NCBI RefSeq assembly: GCF_039654945.1
Contig: NW_027361792.1
Location: 2,232,001 to 2,296,000 of the forward strand
Direction of reading: 5' to 3'
Length of the DNA: 64,000 nt
DNA from: Dendrobates tinctorius
Taxonomy: Eukaryota
A program made the position numbers and the translations under genes. Under the pieces are notes generated by a model. It made no database searches and was not told the DNA's origin. It saw only the letters and a program-made list of their open reading frames with translations. Numbering within the stretch: position 1 is the stretch's first letter; the number at the start of each line of letters is the position of its first letter. This document shows positions 37,518-48,631 of the stretch, one piece after another.

Positions 37518-38467
37518 GGCTGAGTTCACACGTGGCGTTTTTTTCGCGTTACCGCGGCTGTTTTAACCGCGCGATTTTGCCGCAAGAACGCGAAAAAAAA
37601 AGCATCCCATGCAGTCCTATGGGATTCCGCAATGCTGTGCTAATGCTGCGGTTTTTCCCGCGGCGGAATTGCTTCGCGGTAAAAAACGCAGCATGCTCAA
37701 TAATTTTGCGGAATCACGGCAATCCCGCACCCATAGGAATTCATTGTTCTGCTTACTTCCCGCATGTGGCTGTGCACACCATGCGAAAAGTAAGCAGAAC
37801 AATTGCGGATGGTACCCACGGTCCGGAGGAGAGGAGACTGTCCTCCGGGCTGTGGGTACCATATCCCTGTAAAAAATAGAATTTAAAATAAAAATTATTG
37901 TTATTCTTACCTTCCGACGTCCCGCGCAGCCTTCCCGCCTCTCTCCACGCTCCCGTTCCCAGTAAGCCTTTGCGAAAATGCCCGCGATGACGTCCGTTCT
38001 TGCGGTCATTTGCGCAACGTCATCGCGAATTACCGCGAGACGTCGCGATCCTGCGAGAACGGACGTCATCGCGGGCATTTTCGCAAAGGATTACTGGGAA
38101 CGGCAGTGTGGAGAGAGGCGGGAAGGCTGCGCGGGACGTCGGAAGGTAAGAATAACCATTTTTTATTATTTTTTTTACATTTTATCTTTTACTACTGATG
38201 CTGCATAGGCGGCCTCAGTAGTAAAAAGTTGGTCACACTCGTCAAACACTGTTTGACGAGTGTGACCTACCTGGCAGACCTACCTGGCAATCAGTTCTCC
38301 AAGCGATGCTGCAGATCGCTTGGAAAACGCTAGCATTTTGCAAGCTAATTACGCTAGTTTTTCCGCGGGAAAATCGCGGTAATTTAAAATGCGATTTTCC
38401 CGCGGAATGGAATTCCGGAACTCTCGCGGTAATTTCCGCGAGAGTTCCGCTACGTGTGAACTTAGCC
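37518..38467. mobile_element. Harbinger-type non-autonomous element with large central palindrome
   Basis: TIR GGCTGAGTTCACACGTGGCG / CGCTACGTGTGAACTTAGCC, TTA TSD. Palindrome at 37900-38156. Confidence 0.88.
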
Positions 38468-39339
38468 TTACTCTCGGCTATGTCATGTCAGGTTTGTCAT
38501 TCCAGCAGCGTTAATGATGGCTGTCATGCTGGTTGTCGGCTGTTCTATAAGCTGATGCATATAGCTTTTTTTTGTCGAGAGGCTTCTCTTCGGTGGTGGT
38601 TACATGGAGACAGCGGTTTATTTTCAGTCACCTCATGGCAGTGGGCATTTAGCTCGTTATGTTCTGAGCTATGATCTCACAGCGCTGCACAAATCCCCTG
38701 CAATGAAATAGTTAAATGCCAAAAAAAAAACAATGCAGCTTGTAAGAGGATGCGCTATGTCTTGTTATAGGGAGAGGTCTGGACCACGGCGGGATGAAAG
38801 CCACATCCGCTACACAAGATGGAACAAGTTGGGTCGTTGAGGAGTAAAGGGTTAATATTGTCTCTTCGTGGGGGGTACTCGAGGCCTATAATGAGGGCCC
38901 CCTCTAATTAGAGCAAGTCAGAGAGGAGACACAAACAGGATTGTGGGGAGACGGGACAGAATTGGTAGTTTGGGGTTTTCTTTGTCCTGCATTTCCCTCG
39001 ACAAATTGTAGCTTTTCCGAAAAGTGATTAAAGCTGCATCTTAGCGGGCACCGATGTGAGGACAAAATCCACGAGGAGACAGAGGAACCACACCCCACGA
39101 CGCCCCCGTCCGACCCCAAACTCAACCTGACCTCCTGCTGGAGTAACCCTTTCGAAGACGCGAAGTAGAGTGTAATACATGTACTGTATCATTGAAATAC
39201 TCTTTCCTGTCTTTGACCTAGCACTATAGTCTTTGTATGGGAATGTCATTTAGTATTACCTTTAAGTCATAAAACTTTTATGTCCTCTTTTTTTCATGTG
39301 GTTTTACAATTATTTTTCCTTATTTAAAACATAAATTCC

Positions 39340-40342
39340 AAATTTTGGGACCAGGTGACTTATTAGAATATGCTGTCATGTCTACGTGCAATTCCTGGCC
39401 ATTATATAACATGTCTCCTGTATTTTTCACCAGTTTTCCTTCTGTAGGATTTATTGCTAACGATCAGTTGTCTCTGAGCTAGTGGGTGGAGAGTAGTTTA
39501 TGACGTCTCCCATTCACATATATAAATATATACAGCAGCACTGAGCAGTGGGTAGATCTGAATTCAGCTTTGACAGTAAGTAAAAAAAACACTTAAAGCA
39601 ATGTGTATATATATATATATATCATTTTATTTTTATTTTTTTTTGCTTTTTTCTGTGTTATATTGGCAGATACCTATTTGTAATCATGAAGTTTCATGTT
39701 ATGTAATATCTTAGCGGCGGCTCTCATTTCAAGACATTTACTGCTTCTTTTAATATGTATATTTTTTTTTAATGTGTTTAAATGTTTTCTAATAAATATT
39801 GTATTTTTAATACTTTAGAAGTGACCCATTTTCCTGTTCAACATTATCATCGGGTTAGGAGATAAATTGGTTTATTTGGAGTGCTAGTTCCGTATGTTTT
39901 CTGGATTTTTTTGCAAATGTATCACTAGAAAGTAGCATGTGTATTCAGATCTGGAGTGAGATAAACACTAGATGCAGCAGTGCTAAGCAGTGTTGCTGTT
40001 AATCCAGCTTTGGAGTGATAAAAAAAATAACATTTATTAGAAAGCTTTACTAGAGGTCTGTGTGTGTCTCTCTCTGTTCCTCATCCCTCCACCCTACCTT
40101 CTCTATTGGGCAGCTGTAGTCTTATCCCTTACTGAGCTCGCAGTTGGACCAAGTTGGATTTCAGCAGTTTCTCTAAATGAATGATGACTTCAGAAGGCAG
40201 GGATGTGGGGAGGGGGGAGAAGAAGGGGCTCATAAATGGAGAAAGAAGCAGATTTGTCCAACACTATAGCTTGCAAAGTTTCTCACGTCCGCTTGTTCTG
40301 TTGACTTTTACGCAGCCTGATTAAATGACTGCGACCCTTTAA
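39340..40342. mobile_element. Degraded T2/Kolobok-like repeats related to ~27260-28170
   Basis: Shared AGCAGTGCTGAGCAGTGTAGCTGTGAATCCA motif and ACCCTTTAA terminus. Confidence 0.5.
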
Positions 40343-41748
40343 ACCTCAGTCACCAAACCTGCTTGAAACACCCTATTTTAAGCAAATCTCCACAAGCCTC
40401 GCTTATATGTGGTCCTAATCGAAGGACATTATTTAGAAAAAAATGGGACTGTTGGGGTGCATGCCAAAAATACAGCCAAAAATATAGAATACACTTCCAC
40501 TGTTGTACTTGGCATGTGGTCCCCCTGCCCAGAACATACTGTACATCAATAACGTAGCAGAAGGCGGTCATCATGGGAGATAAACTAGACGTCAATGTAA
40601 AAACTACATCTTGTGCTTTGCTCGGGCAATGCTGGAAGTAGAAATCCTGAAATACAGATTGACAACCAACCCACTATGTTTCGGACTATATACAGTCCAA
40701 TATTAGAGGCGACGTGTTATCATTCCTCATTTTCCAGACAAGATGATATTCTTAGCAGTGCGCTCAGTAGTTGACTCCTTTTGCGTCAGAGTCCGTTCCC
40801 ATGGAAACCTGCCACTTGTTACATTCTATCGTTACTGCATGAAAGCCTGGGTAGCCGAGCGCCCATTGACGCTTCTGTCACCAACTCCGTGCGTCACCTA
40901 CGCGGCATCTGACATTAGACGTCAGATTGTGACAAATAAGAGAAGAAACGTGAGCTTTATACTGAAAAAAGAGTGCAGATGGTTCCCAAAACGCTGCAGC
41001 AGATTTTGCTCCAAGAGTTGTAGTTTATTAGCTGAAGTTGCGTCATATGGCGGGAAAAATGACAAAGTTTTATCCGTAGTATGAAAGGGGGCAAAAACTT
41101 TGAAAACCGCACCAAATATGTTAAAATAGCATAATAAATACAGATGTAACAACGCTGTATTGAAGACGAACCTTTGCCTCAATATTTTGTGAAAATAATA
41201 CATTTTTAGGCTAAGGTCACACAATCCGTGAAATTCGGTCTGATTAATTATGCTAATCACACGCAGAGTTTGATCATTGTGCCCAGATGTGGAGAGGATG
41301 GGATAAAAAAAATTCTCAATTTTCTCCATTCTGTCAGTCCATAAAAATTGGTCTATACTCCAATGTCATCGGCGCGCGTTCCGTTTTTTTTTTTTTTTCC
41401 CGGACCCATTTACTCGCATGGCCGCGTGTGATCAGATTTATGGATACAAATCAGGCATGCTGCGATTTTTTTTCTTTGGACAGCCTCAATCTGAGGAAAA
41501 AAGTCAGACATGTGCACGGCCCCATAGAATAATAATTGTTACGTGTGTGATCCAATGGTTTGTCAGATGGCAGTCAGACCGAAAATACGGTCATCTGCAC
41601 GAGCCCTTAGCCTGAGCATTGTTTTGAAACTTTAGTGTCTAAAACGCATTTTTTTTCAGTAAAACTCTCCAGTTGTTAATACTTTTATCATGTGGTATGA
41701 CTTTTCCTGGTTCCAATCTGTTTAGATACTTTTCCCTATATAAATGAT

Positions 41749-42228
41749 CACCTATCCACCACTGGGACCACCCACCTATCCACCACTGGGACCACGCACC
41801 TATCCACCACTGGGACCACGCACCTATCCACCACTGGGACCACGCACCTATCCACCACTGGGACCACGCACCTATCCACCACTGGGACCACGCACCTATC
41901 CACCACTGGGACCTCCCACCTATCCACCACTGGGACCACCCACCTATCCACCACTGGGACCACCCACCTATCCACCACTGGGACCTCCCACCTATCCACC
42001 ACTGGGACCACCCACCTATCCACCACTGGGACCACCCACCTATCCACCACTGGGACCACCCACCTATCCACCACTGGGACCACCCACCTATCCACCACTG
42101 GGACCTCCCACCTATCCACCACTGGGACCACCCACCTATCCACCACTGGGACCTCCCACCTATCCACCACTGGGACCTCCCACCTATCCACCACTGGGAC
42201 CACCCACTTATCCAACACTGGGACCACC
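41749..42228. repeat. Minisatellite, 24-bp unit, ~20 copies
   Basis: Unit CACCTATCCACCACTGGGACCACC. Confidence 0.96.
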
Positions 42229-43612
42229 ATCGATCACCAGTACGTATGACTTTTTTCCTCCCCATTTCCAAATATCCTATTAATAAATTCTGATTATTTG
42301 AGGTGGTCTAGGACCTTCAACTATTAGCAAAGATTGGAGGGTGGTTAAAACGAGAATCTTTGTCTCTGGAGGTCCACACTGGTACTATATTCCCAGAACA
42401 GCTTGCTGGCTTCAATGGGACTGGTGTAATGCTTCATTCCCCCTGTGGTGGCGCCATAGGAATATGGAACACTAATTGCAAATAATTGTTGGAGACAATT
42501 ATTAAGATTAATAATAATAAAAAAAAGAATAAAATAGTAAATTAAAAAAAAAATTAACTGTTGAAAAAGGAGATGGATCACTCGCCCACTTTCTGCAGTC
42601 CTAGACCTTGTGCACCCGGGAAATTGGTGACTCAGAGGCTTATTCATGAAAATGATGTGTTCAGGGGGTTAGATACCCCCTAGGTCCAGGGATACTAAGT
42701 TTGTGGTGAGTAATGTCAGGCTGGCTTAATGCCGATGTGTACTACTCAGCAGAATGGTCTTCGAGTTAAACACACATGGGAAGAGTAGCGAGCGCTGGTG
42801 AACATTAAAGGGATATAATGGATGTCATTGCCTTAATAAAATGTGCGGCTTCAGTTCCCATCAATTCTTATTCTGCTCATGTACAGAGTATTGGTTTATG
42901 TCGAGCATGGAAAAAACCAAAATGCAGCCCCCCAGCCCTGCTCATCTGGGCTCATATAACTACCTATACTAGTATCAGAATGGGACTGGGTTTCCTTGGG
43001 CCAAACGGAAAATCATTCAGTGGGTTCTTCCTCCATCAATGCAAAACAATCACATTTCATGGCAGATCATCAGTAAAGTCAATTGTGACAAGTTACTTTC
43101 TCCAAAGTCCTGTCCGAATGGGATTAGTTTCTGATGGACCATTGGTACCGATTGTGTCAGAGCCCGGGTTTTTCAGATGATCCTAGTTAGCATTGGTGCA
43201 CAATTTGTAGGGGAAGAGGTTGCAGTATATATGTAAATGCTACCTGTGCACCAATATAATATCACCAGGGTCTAACTATCTACCATGAGTAATCCATCCT
43301 GACAGAAGTTCTGTCGCTTATCCATGTTATGCAAATAAAAGCTTATAACCGGACGTTAAATTCAGCCATTGGTTGTATAAATTATTCTTCTGAAAGCTGA
43401 AACCCTCTGACATGTGGTTTAGGTTAAGAAAATAAATTGGCATCAATGCAGAAATACTAATCATTTAATGGACACAGAATGGTCAGATTTTGGTAAGACA
43501 AAAGTTTTGTCGCCCACAGAAAGTAATGTGGTATTCAAACAAATAATTAACTTAAAATACAAATATATGTTGCATAACATTGGTGAATGAAGTTGTGGTG
43601 GTATTAGCGTCA

Positions 43613-43654
<42 letters not shown>

Positions 43655-43657
<3 letters not shown>

Positions 43658-45858
43658 GCTGAAGAGCCCGGCGCTGCCCGGTCATAGTAACTAACTGTGG
43701 TTAATTATAGCAAATTATAATTATCCTCCATCCCATAGTCCCGTGCCCATATACCCATCACACATCCTCCATCCCATAGTCCCATGCCCATATACCCATC
43801 ATACATATCCTCCATCCCATAGTCCCGTGCCCATATACCCATCATACATATCCACGATCCCATAGTCCCGTGCCCATATACCCATCATACATAGCCTCCA
43901 TCCCATAGTCCCGTGCCCATATACCCATCATACATATCCACCATCCCATAGTCCCGTGCCCATATACCCATCATACATAGCCTCCATCCCATAGTCCAGT
44001 GCCCATATAGCCATCATACATATCCACGATCCCATAGTCCCGTGCCCATATACCCATCATGCATAGCCTCCATCCCATAGTCCCGTGCCCATATACCCAT
44101 CATACATATCCACCATCCCATAGTCCTGTGCCCATATACCCATCATACATAGCCTCCATCCCATAGGCCCGTGCCCATATACCCATCATACATATTCGCC
44201 ATCCCATAGTCCAGTGCCCATATACCCATCACACATCCTCCATCCCATAGGCCTGTGCCCATATACCCATCATACATATCCGCCATCCCATAGTCGAGTG
44301 CCCATATACCCATCATACATAGCCTCCATCCCATAGTCCCGTGCCCATATACCCATCATACATATCCACGATCCCATAGTCCCGTGCCCATATACCCATC
44401 ATACATATCCTCCATCCCATAGACCCATGCCCATATACCCATCACACATCCTCCATCCCATAGTCCCGTGCACATATACCCATCATACATATCCTCCATC
44501 CCATAGTCCTGTGCCCATATACCCATCATACATATCCACCATCCCATAGTCCTGTGCCCATATACCCATCATACATAGCCTCCATCCCATAGGCCCGTGC
44601 CCATATACCCATCATACATATCCGCCATCCCATAGTCCAGTGCCCATATACCCATCACACATCCTCCATACCATACGCCTGTGCCCATATACCCATCATA
44701 CATATCCGCCATCCCATAGTCGAGTGCCCATATACCCATCACACATCCTTCATCTCATAGTCCCTTGCCCATATACCCATCATACATATCCTCCATCCCA
44801 TAGTCCCTTGCCCATATACCCATCATACATATCCTCCATCTCATAATCCCTTGCCCATATACCCATCACACATATCCTCCATCCCATTGTCCCGTGCCCA
44901 TATACCCATCACACATCCTCCATCCCATAGTCCTGTGCCCATATACCCATCATACATATCCGCCATCCCATAGTCCCGTGCCCATATACCCATCATACAT
45001 AGCCTCCATCCCATAGTCCAGTGCCCATATAGCCATCATACATATCCACGATCCCATAGTCCCTTGCCCATATACCCATCACACATATCCTCCATCCCAT
45101 TGTCCCGTGCCCATATACCCATCACACATCCTCCATCCCATAGTCCTGTGCCCATATACCCATCATACATATCCGCCATCCCATAGTCCCGTGCCCATAT
45201 ACCCATCACACATCCTTCATCTCATAGTCCCTTGCCCATATACCCATCATACATATCCTCCATCCCATAGTCCCTTGCCCATATACCCATCATACATATC
45301 CTCCATCTCATAGTCCCTTGCCCATATACCCATCACACATATCCTCCATCCCATTGTCCCGTGCCCATATACCCATCACACATCCTCCATCCCATAGTCC
45401 TGTGCCCATATACCCATCATACATATCCTCCATCCCATAGTCCCTTGCCCATATACCCATCATACATATCCTCCATCTCATAGTCCTGTGCCCATATACC
45501 CATCACACATATCCTCCATCCCATAGTCCTGTGCCCATATACCCATTATGACATCATCATCACCATGGCAGCCGTTATGACATAACCGTCACCATTGCAA
45601 CCTATGATGACATCAGCGTCGCCATGGCAACCATTGTGACATAATGAGGGGCGGGGCTTGACACGCATACTTTTTCCCCATTATGTAGTTAGGGGCAAAA
45701 TTGTTTGGTGAATTGGAACGCCCGGGGTTAAAATTTCGCCTCACAACATAGCCTAGGACGCTCTCGGGGTCCAGACATGTGACTGTGCCAAATTTTGTGG
45801 CTGCGGATGCCAATCCCGGACATACATACATACACACACTTGAGCTTTATATAATAGA
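43655..45858 (-). mobile_element. Non-autonomous Helitron, family B (inner)
   Basis: Minus strand A|TCTATTATATAAAGCTCAAG(TG/TATG)n ... CCGGGCAGCGCCGGG hairpin-CTCTTCAGCTAG|T. Confidence 0.85.
43722..45547. repeat. Minisatellite, 43-bp unit (41-bp variant), ~42 copies, inside Helitron B
   Basis: Unit CCCATATACCCATCATACATATCCTCCATCCCATAGTCCCGTG. Confidence 0.96.
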
Positions 45859-46357
45859 TTGCCTTGAATTGTCTGTCATCCTCTTCCGACTGGATGTCCT
45901 CGAATCCCACAATCCACCGCGCCGCATCGGAAGTACACTGACCGCCATTTTGGTACACCCAAGTGATGCCGCTCGGATCCAGGACGCTGCTGTGATCACG
46001 AGGCTGTGAAAGGGGTATAACGAGAGGGGTGTAATTAAGGGGGTGCAATGAGAGGGTGCCGCCGCCAGACCCCCGCCAGGACCCACCGCCTGACTACACG
46101 CTCCGGATCCCGCCGCTGCCTGCCCACCCACCTCCGTGCAGTCACAGCCGGCAGGAAAGACCGCAGCTTGAGGCCTGTGCTGGAGATTGGGTGCGGCCAC
46201 CCTCTGGTGGCGCCGCACACCATCTCCAGCACAGGCCGCAAAACATCTTTCCTGCCGATTGTGACTACATGGAAGTGGGTTGGCTGCCAACCCCAGCGCC
46301 ACAAAGCTGCCCCCATCGTGATGTTACGGCCCTCCCGATGCGATACGCATCTAGTAT

Positions 46358-47357
46358 TTAATATTTTGTGTGACTTCCATGAGCTTGAAGGACGGCATCC
46401 ATGCGGTTCAACAATGATTCATACCATTTATTAATGAAGTCATCAGGAATAGCAAAGAATGCAGTCTTACCTGCCTCCCAGAGTTCATCTAGATTCTTTG
46501 GTTTTGTCTTCCAAGCTTCCTCTTTCATCCTACCCCAAACATGCTCAATGATGTTCATGTCTGGTGACTGGACTGGCCAGTCCTTGAGCACCTTGACCTT
46601 TTTTGCCTGGAGGAACTTTGTTGTAGAGATGGATGTATGAGATGGAGCACCATCCTGCTGCAGAATTTGACCCCTTTTATGATTTGGAATATAAGAGGTA
46701 GCTAATACTTCGTGATATTTTAGGCTGCTGATATTGCCTTCCACTTTGCACGTTTTGCACACCCCCATACTGAATGTAACCCCAGACCATGATCTTTCCA
46801 CCACCAAATGTAACCGTTTTCTGGGTGTATTTGGGATCCATACAGGCTCCAGTAGGTCTCCTACAATATTTGCAGCGGCTGTGGTGTAACTCTACTGAAG
46901 ATTCATCAGAGAAATCCACCTTCTGCCATTTTTCCAGCGTCCATCTGTTTAGCAGGCTGTGGGACTTTGCAAATGCCACACGGTTTTTTATTTGCCTTTT
47001 GTTTAGTGCTGGCTTCTGGGCACTGATTCGACTATGGAGGCCATTTCGAGACAGAATCCTACAAACTGTTCTAGTTGACACAGGGACTTGCGGTGACCAG
47101 GACTGTGGGAGCTCTGCTGCAGTGGAAGAGGGGCTTGCTTTGGATTTTCTAACCAACAAACGTTCCTCCTGAGCAGTTGTCTTGCGGGGTCTGCTGGACT
47201 TGGGCTTGTCAAACACATCTCCAGTCTCTTCAAATCTTTTTTTAATTCTTTGTACTTGACGCTGAGCCACATTAAAGGTGCTGGCCACCTCTGCAGTGGA
47301 TCTGGTCTTCAGGCTCTTGATTATCCAGGCTTTGGTCGCAGGGTGGATTTTTGGCAT
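46358..47357 (-). pseudogene. DD35E transposase with one frameshift near 46760
   Basis: MPKIHPATK...SRPRKTT...FSDES...GGGKIMVWG in ORF 46677-47426, continued by ...QQDGAPSH...SPDMNIIEHVW...GSHTKY in ORF 46358-46807. 35 residues between the second D and E. Confidence 0.92.
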
Positions 47358-47764
47358 GTTGTCAGAGCTCAAGTTGCAGCTCAAGTGAAGGTCTGGGGTG
47401 CTGGGTTTCTTTTTATACACACCCACTAATTAACCCATCATTTACTGAGCACAGGTGAGGATGTAAACTAGGAATGGGTGCATTATATGACCAGGTGACA
47501 AAACTTTGGTCTTGCCAAAATCTGACCATTCTGTGTCCATTAAATGATCAATATTTCTGCATCGATGCCAATTTATTTTCTTAACCTAAACCACATTTCG
47601 GAAGGTTTCAGCTGTCAAAAGAATAATTTATACAACCAATGGATGAATTTAACGTCGGGTTATAAGCTTTTATTTACATAACATGGATAAGCGACAGAAC
47701 GTCTGTCAGGGAGTGTACTTTAGAAACCAATGACATTAGTGCTATTGTAGACATGCAAGTCTTG

Positions 47765-48088
47765 GGGTACGTGCCCACGATCAGGAACTGCTGCGGGTTT
47801 GACGTTGCGTATTGATGCAGCGGCCAGCTGTTACAGTATAATGGATAGGAGTTTGTCTGCAGATCACCCACGGAGACTGATGTGTCGCATCTTTCCAGAC
47901 CGCAGCATGTCTCTTTCTCTTGCGGAGATGCCAGTCTCCGCAACAGAAATGACATCTATAGAAATGTATTGGATGCGGTAAATCTGTACGGTTCAGTGAT
48001 CACATGCGGATTCTCCTGCTTTCAGTAGAAGGCAGCGCTTCGGCTACAGCGAACATATACTGCTAGTTCTGGATCGTGGGCACCCGCC
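47765..48088. mobile_element. Harbinger-type MITE, degraded
   Basis: GTGCCCACGATC / GATCGTGGGCAC inverted ends. Confidence 0.65.
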
Positions 48089-48631
48089 ATTATTATTTCT
48101 CCAGGGAATTCACGCTGAACCTCTCATGTAATATTTATTAAAGACTTCCAGGAACTTGTTGGATCTGCATTTATTTTAGATAATACTGTGATTAAATCTT
48201 TACTGAGCGACAATGATAAAACACATGCATACAAATGACTTTCACCCAACTAGACATCAATAGCATGAAAAGTCTCTAATCAATTCAATTAAGGTGATTA
48301 TTCACTGCTAAAGCTAATTACTATTGGAAAAGCCACAGATTAGTCTTTTCTGCATATCCATTTTGCATAATTTCGCATAAAATAATCACCTCAACTATCG
48401 TAACATAGTCTTCATTATTAAGATTCTTCTATTTCTCCCCATTGTAGAAGAGGAAACCTGAACTTCTGGCCACCATCTAGGCAGCTGCAATCACAGGCGG
48501 TAGCACTTCCCCAGCATGAATGGTGATCAGACAGGTAGGCCTGACCAAATCCTATGCAGCCAAAGTCATAGAGAGCATTACAAATTATCAGCAGATAGCG
48601 AAAGAGAGGATGTGACTGTGCAGCAGCAAGC

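Larger units (their letters stand above)
43613..46354 (+). mobile_element. Non-autonomous Helitron, family A (outer), inserted just past the transposase stop
   Basis: A|TCTATATA start and GATGCGATACGCATC hairpin plus CTAG|T end. No TSD. Removal rejoins GCGTCA|TATTTAATATTTTG. Confidence 0.8.
43298..47715 (-). mobile_element. Tc1-superfamily transposon, DD35E type, interrupted by Helitrons
   Basis: ~220-bp TIRs (43298-43514, 47493-47715). Right end GGGAGTG|TA; left tip eroded. Transposase lies between them. Confidence 0.93.

Noticed and set aside
41639-42283. Pro-rich and Trp-rich ORFs
   Set aside because: 24-bp VNTR translation without unique coding flanks or splice support.
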